A stretch of 63,701 nt of DNA, the filler included, from Chiloscyllium plagiosum (Eukaryota), in NCBI RefSeq assembly GCF_004010195.1. It is 4 parts of one record of this genome, joined end to end, with 100 filler letters (N's around TTAATTAATTAA, not from the genome) between each part and the next. Parts side by side here need not be neighbours in the genome. Positions count along the whole stretch, not along the records: positions 1 to 7,679 come from NC_057715.1; positions 7,780 to 36,516 come from NC_057715.1; 2 more parts are not named here. One strand, written 5' to 3'. This document shows positions 1 through 11,928 of this stretch, piece by piece; position 1 is the stretch's first letter, and each line of letters begins with the position of its first letter. The notes beneath the pieces were generated by a model. It had not been told where the DNA came from. It worked only from the letters and a program-made list of their open reading frames with translations, and searched no databases. The translations under genes and the position numbers were made by a program.

Positions 1-226
1 CTTTCCCCCACTCACCTATTATACTCTATGCTACTTTCTCCCCACCCCCATCCTCCTCGAGCTTATCTCTCCACGCTCCAGGCTCACTGCCTTTATTCCT
101 GATGAAAGGCTTTTGCCCGAAACGTCGATTTCGAAGCTCCTTGGATGCTGTCTGAACTGCTGTGCTCTTCCAGCACCACTAATCCAGAATCTGGTTTCCA
201 GGATCTGCAGTCATTGTTTTTACCTG
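1..226 (+). mobile_element. Penelope-like element (PLE) terminal/pseudo-LTR fragment with hammerhead motif
   Basis: Contains ATTC-CTGATGA-AAGGCTTTTGCCC-GAAA-CGTC-GATT (95-130), followed by the GGATGCTG..CTGCTGTGC..TTCCAGCA..ATCTGCAG tail shared with the other PLE copies in the window. Confidence 0.7.
95..130 (+). ncRNA. Minimal type I hammerhead ribozyme motif (PLE-associated)
   Basis: CUGAUGA core at 99-105, stem II (a/g)ggc-tttt-gccc, GAAA at 119-122, palindromic ACGT stem III, GUC cleavage triplet. Confidence 0.6.
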
Positions 227-623
227 CACACCCAATGCTACATCCATATCAATTTACACACAATCCATTGTGCACAGATTTCAGGAGACATGTGGGGATG
301 AGAGAATAGAAACAAACAGGACTAATTCTGTGCTCTGCTTCCAAGTTTGGTGAGCCATTATCATCATCACCACTGCCATCCTGCAGCAAAATCTGTGTAT
401 TTCAGATTACTTTTCACCAAGGCAAGTCTGTCAAGTGACTCCAGCTACGTGTTTTAATCGCTAAAAAATGGGCTATATGCCTCTATTTATAAGCCATATC
501 CTCAATCTGCCCTGTAACCTTGAATGATTAATGCCTATAACCACCCATGACCCTCTGGCTCTGCCCTCCTTTTAAGATTGTATCTTTCATTTTATCTTCC
601 TTCAGCTCATTTTTCTACAAAAA

Positions 624-909
624 TGTTTAGGGTGAGCGGGGAAATTTTTAAGATAGAAGCAATGGGCAACGTTTTCACACAGAGGGTGGTTTGTGTATGG
701 AATGAGCTGCCAGATGAAGTGGTGGGGGCTGGTACAATGACAGCATTTAAAAGGCATCTGGATGGGTATATGAATAGGAAGGGTTTAGAGGGATATGGGC
801 CAAATGCTGGCAAATAGGACAAGATTAGGTTAGGATATCTGGTTGGCATGGACGAGTTGGACCAAAGGGTCTGTTTCCATGCTGTATATCTCTATGACAC
901 TATGACTCT
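624..909 (+). mobile_element. CR1/HER1-type LINE 3' end
   Basis: ORF2 C-terminus FTQRVVCVWNELPDEVV..FKRHLDGYM, 3' tail AAGGGTCTGTTTCC and CTATGAC repeats. Confidence 0.85.
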
Positions 910-924
910 AAGTAGTATATATGC

Positions 925-2210
925 TGTGGATAAAGGATGAACAGTACATGTATTGTACTTAGATGTCCAACAGGTGTTTGATGAAGTGCTACATCAAAAT
1001 TTATTGCAGAAAGCAAAAGCTCATGGTGTAGTGGGTGGCATTCAGCATGGATCAATGATTAGCTGGCTAACAGAAAAGAGAAAATAAGCATAACTGTGTC
1101 TTTTACAGGCTGGCAAGACATAGTGAGACATAAAGGTTGGTGCTCTGGCCTCAAGAGTTGCAAGTTATAGAAATTAATTGGATGAAGATATGGAAGGTAC
1201 AGTTGCCAATTTGCTGGTGGCACAAAGATAGTTAGAAAAGCCAGTTCTGAACAGAACATAGGCTAAAAAAGATATAAATCATAGAATCCCTATAGTATGC
1301 AAGGAGGCCATTCAGCCTATCGAGTCCACAGTAACCCTCCAAAGAAAATCCCACCCAGACCCACCTCATTAGCTTGCATTTCCCATGGCTCATCCACCTA
1401 GCCTGCATATCCCTCAACACTCTGGGCAATTTAGCATGGCCAATCCACCTAACCTGCACAATTTGGACTGTTGGAGGAAAGCAGAGCACCCAGAGGAAGC
1501 TAACGCAGCCACAGGGAGAATGTGCAAACTCCACACAGTCATCCCAGGGTGGAATCAAACTCAGGTTCTTGGCACTAATCACTAAGCCACCATGCCACCC
1601 TCAGTTAATAAGTAAGCGAACTGAGAAGCAAAGATGAGGTAAATGGAATATAATTTGGGAAAATGTGATTTGTCCATTTTGGCAGGAAGAATAAAATATC
1701 CAAATAGTCACCTTATTTAAGGAAGGATGCAAATGCATTGGAAGCAGTTCAGAAAATATTTATCAGATTAAAATCTGAAATTAAGGGGTTGTTTTAGGAG
1801 GAAAGGTTGGATGGGCTAATCTTTTATCCATTGGCATTTAATAAAGTAATTAAATGTAACTGGACTGAAAGAAACAAGATCCAGAAGGTGAACAGATGTT
1901 TCCTATTAGTGTACAGGAGAATAACAAAATGGGGTTGCTGTTTAAAAATCTCCCACTTAAAACAGAGATAAGGAGAGTTTTGTTTCTCTCAGAGGGTTGT
2001 GAGATTTTGGAACTCGCATCCTGAAAAGGTGGTAGATGCAAAGTTTTTTTTTAAGACAGAAGTGGAGAGATTCTTGTTAAGCAAGGGGGTGAAACGTTAT
2101 CAGGAGTAGGCAAGAATGTGAAATTGTGGATAAAATCAGATCAGCCATGATGTTAGAGAATGGGAAAGTAAGCTCTAGGGGCTGAAAGGCCTTCTACTGC
2201 TCTGATTATA
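925..2210 (+). mobile_element. Old CR1 LINE RT/3' fragments, interrupted by an HE1 SINE
   Basis: Degenerate RT-region remnants (D.LYLD..FD.V.H; KFA..TK) and a CR1-type 3' UTR (TCAGATCAGCCATGAT). Confidence 0.65.
1278..1600 (-). mobile_element. HE1-type tRNA-derived SINE
   Basis: Reverse strand has the GGGTGGCATGGTGGCTTAGTG head, the TGTGTGGAGTTTGCACATTCTCCC core and a LINE-derived tail. Confidence 0.85.
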
Positions 2211-5200
2211 TGTTTGTTTGCATCCCTTCTCCTTTCTTTCTACATTTTTAAACAGATGTTACACCAGTTTCTTAGTCCAACCAAAATGATGTTTGTTTGA
2301 TCCTACCTTGTTCATTTTTGGTAAGTATTTACATTGCTTAATCAACACAACCCAGATATTTTACAGTTGGTGCTGATCTTATACAAAAATTCTTGCTCAA
2401 AATCTATTTGACTTAACCAAAGCTTCATTGCTCCTGGTGGTAGAGATAGATAATGGAAGATTGCATGCCATAAAACTTTGCTGCTCAAGACCATTGTTAC
2501 TTACCGAAGGTTAGTCCTGAGAATGTTTGAATTCGTAATTGACCATGGAAAAAGTCGGACACAAATTCCTGTAGAATTGAAAACTGCTGAACCGACTCCT
2601 TCCAAAGACTATTAATGCCAATGGAACCAAAATGCATTATGAGCAGTTACTTGCTGATACCAGCCTCGGGTGGAGGGAGATCTCCCTTTAATTATTGCTT
2701 TCCAACTTCATTTAATCCTCCAGTTCCCTCCTGCTGTCTGCAACAGACATTCTCAGAGGATTTCTCATAATAAAATCTGAGTAATTAAAATGAGTTTTAA
2801 TTTCCATGATACTAAATTATAAATCAAGCCAATGTAAAAGGACAAAAACTGGGCGGATAGATAAATATCTGCTCAACATGCTGTCTAATTGGCCCCAGTT
2901 AAGTCCCAATGAAAACATTGTGAAGATGAGCCACTAATGAACAGTAATTGTATTGATAGCCAGTGATTTATGGCATGAAATCTTGAGTCACCTACCTAAT
3001 ACAAAGGACTGTTAGTACTTCTCACTGTGTCAGGCCTTATAAGTGGTTTGTTCTGCATCTATTCCCAAATTCTCCAGGTGCACTGCACAACATTGAAGGT
3101 ACTTATAATCTCAATGGATGGTACTCTGAAGTACTAAATACTGAAATCATACTTGCACTCACCTTATGCTACAGGAAGAGCTGGATGTGTGTGCGTGTGT
3201 AGATAAATTGCATTAGGCGATCAGTTGCAAAAGAAACTGCCCTGCAACAATATTACGTCGTGGGTAGTCTTAACAAACAGTTGGGAGTCCCATGAAGAAA
3301 ATTGATAGTGACCGGGTGCATGTAATTTATAAGTCTGGGGAAGGGAGGTAGGGATCAGACCCAGAAGGAGATGGTGAGGGAGGGAGATGGTTTTGAAGGC
3401 ACAATGTGGGTACAATCTTGGGGAGGTGGTCCTGATGTGCACAGTGTACCTCCTAAATGATGTGCCTCCATTTGCTTCATGCTTTTTCACCAACTTTAAT
3501 GAAATACAGCCTTTCCACTTTCACCTGCCTTTCATTACTCAGCATATTATTATCATTGAAGGTGGATTGAGGTCTGTAAGTGACCACTTAAAGGCTTCAA
3601 TTGACTGAAAAAGAGGGGGGGAAGGGGAGAGACTACTGGGTGCTTTACTCTCTCTATTGTATGAACAGGAATCAGGTTAGGAGTGGACTGGAAAGTGGTG
3701 AGCTATCTAGCGGCAAGATTTGCATGCCACAATTTGAAAATATGTCCAGTGGGAAGGGCCATAAAACCCAGCCCAAAGTGTACCTCGATAGCCATCAGGC
3801 AGAGAGTTAGACACTAAACTGTTCCATTATATACCCATTGACACTTTACATACCTTCATATTTGATTTATTTTCATTTCATATTTGCATCTGTTTCTTGT
3901 CTCCCTCTGCACTCTAACCTTGACAAAGTCAATGCATATTTAAAACTAAAATAAAGGTTGAAACAGTGGTTATTTTCATATTAACCACTTACAGTGCACA
4001 CATCCTTTTGAAATAATGGCCAATAATGTTTTTGTCAATTCCTCATTAGGCTAGACCCCTGTACAGAGTAACAAAGTCAAGGCTGTTGAAGGGACAAAGC
4101 ACAATTATTCAAATGAACTCACCTATCAATTTGCAGTTATACACAAATAGAATCACAGCCGAGACCGAAAATTAGCTTCATATTCCTCTGTCTCAAGGAA
4201 GAATAATTCTCTTTTGTGAATACAACACAAACATTTCTGAAACAACACTGTATAGCATAAAATATAAAGGTGGCTTATTTTGCCAGAGCAAAGCCTGTAC
4301 TAATAGCATCACAATGTAGGAGTGTCACAGACTCATTCAAAATAATCTATGCATTAAATAAAAAAAGACTAAGTTTGCCACCCTATAATTCCCTTTTGAT
4401 CTTTCTACTTTTGCTTTCTAGACAATTTTGGTGCTTTAGTGGTGTCAGCATTTTTAGCTCTGTTCCAGAATACGTGAGAGGCATATGTTCCATTCGCACT
4501 GATAGTGAGGCTATAGCCTTACTTGAGCTGATAGCTTGAAATGTTTCATTTCAAGGTGAGGTCTCTCCTTTTATGAACTCTTGACCTTCATTTGGACTTC
4601 TTTTTAGATCTGAATATTCATTATTAATTCTAATGTTTGAACACGGTCAGAAAAATAGCAAGGTTTTCAGCAACATCCACCTGAGACAAAATTATGGAAT
4701 AAAAGGTACATTGACAAAGAAAAGGAAAGTTTATATTTTATTGATAGCTTTGTGCTTGCACCAGTTTCTGAGTGGTTGCTCAACACTCAACTGTTTGGAA
4801 CAAATATAAAAAATTCAAATATATTTTTAGGTTGTAATAGAATTACGAACAAAGCATCATTAAGTGATACTTAAATAAATGTTACAATTGCTGATCCTGA
4901 ACTTACATTTCCCTGATGTAATTGCTTTCGTTCCCACCTGATTAGAATGCGAGTGCCATGCCAGGTCTGTCAAAGCAAATGCTGTCACTGTCTGCCTCAG
5001 GACACAGCAAGTAAACAGAGATGCTGACACATGCAGGATGAGGGGAGCTTCCCTAGGACTTAACCTTTCACCCTATGTTTCAACTATCAGCATCACATTA
5101 AACATGATGTCAGAAAGGCTAGTTTCATTGACACCTGAAGGATACAGCACTTTCAATATTTAACAATGAATTCTTAAGAATCATCTACCATTTACCGCAA

Positions 5201-5329
5201 AACGTGAAATAATAAAACAATTTTAAAAATAAGATATATCTTTAAATAAGCAGCCAGTGCATTCAAATTACCTAGTCCCTGAGCATTGTGGGCAAAGGTG
5301 AGTCAGTTGAGGAAAATATGGTGAAAACA

Positions 5330-6420
5330 AAAAAATTAGATTCTTGATGATGAGAAAGAAATCATATTTTGCAGCCAAGGTTTGAATGGCACAAAGGGGA
5401 TCTCATTAATGAGTGGTGAGGGGCCTATTTGCATGCTGTAACATCTCTTAAGTCCGCAATCTCACCTCATTTATATGCAGTTTCCTATTCTTCCACACAT
5501 CGGAGAGAAACTTGATGGTGACAATTCCCAATATGAAAATCAGAACAAGGACCTGGCAGCTACAGCCCACTGTCTGCTCCCTTGGGCCTCCATCTGAGAC
5601 AGCTGTCCCCAACATCTCAGGTTACGCTCCATGGCCAGCCTGTACCTCGTTGGTCCAGCCTCACCATATCCTCACAGCACATCTCCAACTCACTTAGAAT
5701 ACACTTTGGAATGCACCGATACCTGTTATGCCGTTACCAGGGCACTTTACAGCAGGGACAAGCTCCCACCTCTTAGAATATGGCAAGGTATATCCTGGGA
5801 ATCCTTGCTCGGTCTTTTAATGCTCACTCATTTTGCACCTACTTGGATGCCCGCAACATCTCTGCACTGCCTTGAGTTGTCTTTTAGCACTTTGCTACTC
5901 ATTGGGAAAGTTCAAGCTCCGGGCACTTTTGCCTTGCCTTTTAATACAGACACAAAGCCAGGCAGCTTGCCATGGTTATCAGCAGTGTGGACTCAAATGG
6001 GAAAGGGGGTTGGCATGTTCCTGATTGACACTGCACTATATCAATGTCACATCTATACCATGTGCCAGTTGCATACAAGGTGAACACACTGCATGTGCTT
6101 CAAGCAAATGGCCATGTCTCAAACTCTAAGGTATGTAATTAGCAATGAAGTTAAGATAAACTGTCTTCTGTCAAGAGATACTGGCACAGTAAGTTAAGAA
6201 CATCATCAATTTCAGTCCAAGGGCATCTGTTCAGTCATCGGTCATGGCTGTCTTTCCAAGTTGGGAATCCAGGAGGTCTGTACACTGAATGTTAGGAACA
6301 GTTTTCAGGAGCTATTGTTGTGGAGAGGGAATGAGAGAAGTCAATTATTGGGATTCAAGGCAGCATGCCAGAATGTAGATGGGTAATAAATGTATAGGGG
6401 GAAATTCAACCTATAAATTT
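5330..6420 (-). mobile_element. Possible very old DNA transposon remnant (PIF/Harbinger-like)
   Basis: GC-richer block with a weak resemblance of 6200-6340 (minus) to HARBI1-type N-terminal YRPR..L.M....C..RL text. No intact ORF or TIR confirmed. Confidence 0.2.
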
Positions 6421-6479
6421 AAAAGTTGTTACAGCATTACTCGACTTGATGGGATTGAGGTGGTGAGAAATTCCAGAAA

Positions 6480-6725
6480 ATAAGAAAATAGTTCAATCTC
6501 CTGGGCCAGATTGGATTTATCCTAAGATTCTCTGGAAGGTAGGGAGAATATTGCCAAGCTTTTGGCTTTGATCTTTATGTTGTCATTGTCTACAGGAATA
6601 GTACCAGAAAACTGGAGGATAGCAAAAGTTTTTTCCTTTTCAAGAAGGGGAGTAGAGACAACCGTGGTAATTATAGACCAGTGAACCTTACTTCGGTTGT
6701 GGATAAAGTGTTGGAAAAGGTTACA
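6480..6725 (+). mobile_element. CR1 LINE ORF2 fragment
   Basis: SPGPD.IYPKIL.E.R..IA..L..IF..SL.TG.VPENWR.A.V..F.KKG..D.PGNYRPV.LTSVV.K.LE signature. Confidence 0.8.
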
Positions 6726-7439
6726 ACAGATATATGCTCGGAGCTCAGGGGATAAGCTGGGGAGATGAGCAGTAATTGTCTGAGAGCAGTGAGTGACTGA
6801 GAGCAATGAGAGTGTAAGAGCAGGTAACATATGGGGCTTTGTACTTTTACTGCTAAGTCGGAAGCTGGTGGAGTCTGGTGGGCCCTTGGTGGTCCTGAGG
6901 AAAGAAGACAGCTTTACACTACTCAAGACCTCCAGATCCCTGTCAGGGAATTGAAGGACCAAGTTTGTCTGTTGGCATTCTCTGGGGCACTTCTGCCAGG
7001 ATTGTAACTCCTGAATCACAAAACTCAATGTGGTATACAGTTGTTTTGATTTGTGGTGAGAAGGAAATCATGTTTGTTATACATTCAACAGATGTTATAA
7101 TTCTTAAATCTTTTAGCAATTGTTATCAGGCTTCCAGTAATAATTTTTGTGTTTTTCTCTGAAGATGTGCTTTTAAAAATAAATTTTAATGCAATGTATT
7201 TTATTTTAGTACAAAAACTGTTTGAGACCATGATCTTACGTTTGCAAATCAGAACTACTGCCATCCTGTGCATGTGTAAAATCTAGCATGATGGTATCAA
7301 ACTATAAACCCAATGACAACCTACTGGTTCCCCACAATATTGTCGATGGGCAGGTATAGAATTCAGCAGACCACCATTAAAGAGCCAATTGACAAAAATG
7401 TTATGCTGCCCATCCCAAAATGCTGTTGAATTTATGTTT

Positions 7440-7679
7440 TCTTAATCGGGAATGATTATGATGTGGTAGGCATCACAGAGACGTGGTTACAGGGGGGTTA
7501 GGACTGGCAGTTAAACATCCAAGGGTTTTCAACTTATCGAAAAGACAGGGAGGTAGGCAGAGGGGGCGGGGTTGCCTTGTTAGTTAAGAACAAAATTAAA
7601 TCTATGGCACTGAATGACATAGCGTCGGATGATGTGGAGTCTGTGTGGGTGGAATTGAAGAACCACAAAGGCAAAAAAA
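7440..7679 (+). mobile_element. CR1 LINE APE endonuclease fragment, running into gap
   Basis: Translates as YDVVGITETWLQ..DWQLNIQGFSTYRKDREVGRGGGVALLVK..VESVWVELKNHKGKK. Confidence 0.85.
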
Positions 7680-7779
7680 NNNNNNNNNNNNNNNNNNNNN
7701 NNNNNNNNNNNNNNNNNNNNNNNTTAATTAATTAANNNNNNNNNNNNNNNNNNNNNNNNNNNNNNNNNNNNNNNNNNNN
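7680..7779. other. Scaffold gap with TTAATTAATTAA linker
   Basis: N run with a central all-frame stop linker; identical in all three gaps. Confidence 0.95.
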
Positions 7780-8160
7780 CTTTTCCAGCAATAAAGTTTC
7801 AACTTTGATCTCCAGCATCTGCAGATCTCACTTTCTCCTCGAAGATTTCAACCTACTGCGAATCCTCTTACAAGGATGCCTTCCTTGAAGAAGCTCTCTG
7901 CCTCTCTCTACAAAGATTTCAGTGAGTCCCTCTCTCACTGCACTCTTTCCACCTATCACATTTCCAACTCCCCTCCTCCAAGTCCCTCCTCCCTACCTTT
8001 TATCTTCTCCTGCTGAACACTCTCTGCTCATTCCTGAAGAAGGGCCTGTGCCCGAAACGTCGAATCTCCTGTTCCCTGGATGCTGCCTGACCTGCTGTGC
8101 TGTTCCAGCAATAAAGTTTCAACTTTGATCTCCAGCATCTGCAGACCTCACTTTCTCTTC
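7780..8160 (+). mobile_element. PLE fragment with tandem pseudo-LTR arrangement and hammerhead
   Basis: The ~55-nt tail TTCCAGCAATAAAGTTTCAACTTTGATCTCCAGCATCTGCAGA..CACTTTCTC occurs at ~7783 and ~8103. A putative ORF start (MPSLKKLSASLYKDFSESLSHC) lies between them, with a hammerhead at 8030-8065. Confidence 0.75.
8030..8065 (+). ncRNA. Minimal hammerhead ribozyme motif (best-paired copy)
   Basis: Stem I ATTC(8030-33)/GAAT(8062-65), CUGAAGA 8034-40, stem II GGGC-CTGT-GCCC 8042-53, GAAA 8054-57, C-GUC 8058-61. Confidence 0.7.
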
Positions 8161-9005
8161 CATGAGATCTAACCTTGCTGAACAGTCGACCATGAGGAAC
8201 CTTGTCGAACGCCTTACTGAAGTCCATATAGGTCACGTCCATCGCTTTGCCCTCATCAATCCTCTTCGTAAATTCTTCAAAAAGCTCAATGAAGTTAGTG
8301 AGACATGATTTCCCATGTACAAAGCCATGTGAGGGAAATCATCAGGAGAGCAAAAAGGGGACATGAGATAGCTTTGGCAAATAGGGTTAAGGAGAACCCA
8401 AAAGGATTATATAAATACATTAAGGACAAAAAAGTAACTTGGGAGAGAATAGGCCCCCCCCCAACGATCAGTAAGTCAGCCTATCTGTTGGACCACAGGA
8501 GGTGGGGAAGATACTAAACGAGTATTTTGTATGAGTGCTTACTGTGGAGAAGGACATGGAAGATATAAGATGTGGGGAAATAGATGGTGACATCTGAAAA
8601 ATGTCCATATTACAGTGGAGGAGGTGCTGGATGTCTGAAAACACATAAAAGTCCTTGCCTTTCCAAATACATATAAATTCTGTCCCTCAGGACTCCCTCC
8701 ATCAACTTGCCCACCAACATTGTAATGTCTATTGGTCTATAGTTCCCTGGTTTTTTCTTACCACCTTTCCTAAGTAGTGGAACCACATTAGCCAACCTCC
8801 AGTCTTCCAGCACCTCACCTGAGACTATTGATGACCTAAATATCTCAGCAAGTGGCCCAGCAATCACCTCTGTAGCTTCCCACAGAGTTCTAGGGTACAC
8901 CTGATCAGGTCCTGGGGATTTACCCATTTTAATACATGACATCCAGCACCTGCTTCACTGTAATATGGACATTTTTCAAGATGTCACATTTATTTCCCCA
9001 TGTCT
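8160..9005. mobile_element. Rearranged CR1 LINE (minus/plus/minus segments)
   Basis: 8160-8330 minus encodes MDFSKAFDKVPHGRL; 8330-8650 plus encodes IRRAKRGHEIALANRVKENPK; 8650-9005 minus encodes KSPGPDQVYPRTLWE..PGNYRP. Confidence 0.8.
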
Positions 9006-10119
9006 ACTAGAGAGTAGATAATTTAACCAAACTTTTTTTTAAAAAAGGAGTGCAAACAGGGAGTTATATATCAGTTAGCCTGACTTAAGTAGTGAGGAAA
9101 ATACGAGAGTCCATTATAATAGATTTAATAACAGTGCACTTAGAGAAAAGCAACAGGGTCTGACAGAGTCAGCATGGATTTATAAAAGAAAAATCATGCT
9201 TGACAAATCTATTGGAATATTTGGAGGATGTAACTAGTAGAGTAATAGATAATGGGGATGTGATTTACCTGGACTTTGAGAGGTCTTTTGATAAGGTCCC
9301 ACATAAGAAGTTAGCATGTAAAATTAAAGCACATGGAAATTGGAGTCATGTGCAGACATAGATAGAGAACTGGTTGGTCGACAGTAAACAAAGAATAGAA
9401 ATAATTGTGTCTTTTTTGGAGTGGCAGGCAGTGACTAACTAGATATCCTAGGTATCAATGCTTATACCACAGCTATTCACTATATATGTTGTTTTCATAT
9501 AACATGCATTTCAATGCAAATTGGCTACAATGCGATTGACAAATTGTGAACGCTGTTTGGATAATGCAAACTGTCTACGGAATGGGTATAGCAATCTTCT
9601 ACAATGTGTTTTCTATAGTGATTTTCCATACTGTGATTTCCATAGCAGAAGAACACAACCATCGTGTTATACCAGAATGCCTTGTATATGTAGACACAGA
9701 TGAGCAAGCTAACTGTAATATCTCCAAGTTTGCAGATGGCACAAAGCTGGCTGGGAAGGTAAGATGTTTCAGTGTGATTTGGACAAGTTAAATGTGTGGA
9801 CAAATGCATGGCAGTTGAAGTATAATATGGATAAATGCCAAGTTATCCATTTTGGTGCACAAACAGGATTGTAGATTATTATCTGAATCCTGATAGATTA
9901 GGAAAGGGGGAGAAGTAATGAGGGTTCAGTGTCCTAGTACACCGTTGGCTGTGAGGAAACATGTAAGTGCAGCAGGCGGTAAAGAAAGAAAATGATCTTC
10001 ACTGAAATGATTCACGTACAGGAGAGGGATGTTTTGCTGTAATTGTACAGGGCCTTGATTAGACCACACTTGGAGTACTGTGTACTGTTTTCATCTCCTT
10101 ACTTGAGGAAGGATAGTCT

Positions 10120-10304
10120 AAGTTTAAAAGTGTAGTGCTGGAAAAGCATGGCAGATCAGGCAGCATCCGAAGAACAGGAGAGTTGATGTTTCAGGCATAT
10201 GCCTGACTCTCCTGCTCCTCGGATGCTGCCTGACCTGCTGTGCTTTTCCAACACCATACTTTTTGACTCTGATCCCCAGTGTCTGCAGTCCTCACTTTCT
10301 CCTA
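10120..10304. mobile_element. Short fold-back PLE-derived insertion with TSD
   Basis: Inverted arms meet at CAGGCATATGCCTG and the element ends CTCACTTTCTCCT. Flanked by GAAGGATAGTCT (10108-19) / GAAGGCTAGTCT (10305-16). Confidence 0.7.
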
Positions 10305-10442
10305 GAAGGCTAGTCTGACTTTGGACAAAGTGCAACAAGAGTTTATCAAACTGATTCTGGGAATAACACAACTGACATATGAAGAGAGACATATGAAGAG
10401 AGAGATATGAAGAGAGCTATATTCATTGGAGTTTAGAATGGT

Positions 10443-10760
10443 GGGCGACACGGTGGCCCAGTGGTTAGCACTGCTGCCTCACAGCGCCTGTAGACCCGGG
10501 TTCAATTCCCGACTCAGGCGACTGACTGTGTGGAGTTTGCACATTCTCCCCGTGTCTGCGTGGGTTTCCTCCGGGTGCTCCGGTTTCCTCCCACAGTCCA
10601 AAGATGTGCGGGTCAGGTGAATTGGCCATGCTAAATTGCCCGTAGTGTTAGGTTAAACGGGTAAAGGTAGGGGTATGGGTGGGTTGCGCTTCGGCGGGTC
10701 GGTGTGGACTTGTTGGGCCGAAGGGCCTGTTTCCACACTGTAAGTAATCTAATCTAATCT
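10443..10760 (+). mobile_element. HE1-type SINE, young full-length copy
   Basis: A-box TGGCCCAGTGG, B-box GGTTCAATTCC, CpG-rich body, LINE-like tail and (TAATC)n end. Confidence 0.9.
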
Positions 10761-10887
10761 AGAAGAAAGAGGGGGAGTGTCATAGAACTCTATCAAATTC
10801 TAATGGGACAAGACCTGATAAATGCAGGAGCAATGTGCTCATGACTGGACAATCCAGAACCGGGGTGACAGTGTAAGTATATGGGGA

Positions 10888-11094
10888 AGGAGAAAGTGAG
10901 GTCTGCAGATGCTGGAGATCAGAGCTGAAAATGTGTTGCTGGAAAAGCACAGCAGGTCAGGCAGCATCCAGGGAACAGGAGAATCGACGTTTCGGGCATA
11001 ATTCCTGAAGAAGGGCTTATGCCCGAAACGTCGATTCTCCTGTTCCCTGGATGCTGCCTGACCTGCTGTGCTTTTCCAGCAACACATTTTTAGC
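10888..11094. mobile_element. Fold-back PLE-derived insertion with hammerhead and 15-bp TSD
   Basis: Near-perfect ~70-bp inverted arms around a hammerhead at 11001-11036. Flanked by AAGTATATGGGGAAG at 10875-89 and 11095-109. Confidence 0.85.
11001..11036 (+). ncRNA. Minimal hammerhead ribozyme motif
   Basis: ATTC-CTGAAGA-A-GGGC TTAT GCCC-GAAA-CGTC-GATT. Confidence 0.65.
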
Positions 11095-11694
11095 AAGTAT
11101 ATGGGGAAGCCAATTTGGACTGAAAGCAGGAGAAATTTGTTCACCTGGAAATTGGCGAACCTATGAAATTCTCTGCCACAAAAAAATCCAAAACTTTGAA
11201 TGTTTTCAAGAAAGTGTTAGAAAATAATTCTTTTAGCTGAAGGAATCAAGGAGTATGAAGAGAAAGCAGGAATAAAGTACTGGGTTGGATGATCAGCCAT
11301 AATCATAATTAATGGTAGAGCAGATTCAAAGGGCTGAAAAACTTCTATTTTCAATATTTCTATGTCCATGTTTCTAATAAAACAAATGGGAGACATTAAA
11401 GCATTATCAAACTCATTTCAAATATGTCTGCAGCATGAGATGTTGGAGAAACTTGGGAATCTGAACATTGAATGGATGTGATTAAAATACAACTTTACAT
11501 AAGATGGCAAAAGAGACTGTAGGATACATTTGGAAAATTACACCAGATGGAATTGTAAGAGTAGGACAGAATACATTGGTTAAAACCAGTTAGCAATCAA
11601 AGAGGAATCTTAAATTCTTGTTCACACAGATTAATACGTGGAATAGACTGTCATGTACAGTCAAGAGCATGAGAATTTTTTGAAAATTGGATAT

Positions 11695-11928
11695 TGAAAT
11701 AACTTCACAGAGGTCAGTATCAATTCACCAAGTCACCATTTATTTCCATTTGGAGAGTCTCTGATACTGATCCAGCTCCCTTAGAGCAAGCTCTTGGAGC
11801 AAACAGGCTGTCTGACACTCCTGTTCTTATCTGTCAGGCAGGGTTCCCTGATTGGAACAGATTAACAGTCCCAATCAGGGAACTCATATTCTGAGGTCCA
11901 CCTGACTGACCTCATTATAATCACTACA
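11695..11928 (-). mobile_element. Solo LTR (234 bp)
   Basis: Minus strand runs TGTAG...TTCA with AATAAA near the 3' end. Flanks are GATAT/GATAC (5-bp TSD, 1 mismatch). Internal hairpin GTTCCCTGATTGG..CCAATCAGGGAAC. Confidence 0.65.

Larger units (their letters stand above)
9025..11365 (+). mobile_element. Old CR1 LINE RT-to-3' end hosting SINE and PLE insertions
   Basis: QHGF..KSCLTNL, LDF..FDKVPH, ISKFADGTKL and RPHLEYCV remnants plus a CR1-type 3' tail. Confidence 0.8.

Noticed and set aside
10374..10417. Three copies of ATATGAAGAGAG
   Set aside because: Simple slippage micro-duplication inside a dead CR1.
10443..10515. tRNA gene
   Set aside because: A/B boxes continue directly into the HE1 SINE body and LINE tail; the same holds for the other SINE heads.
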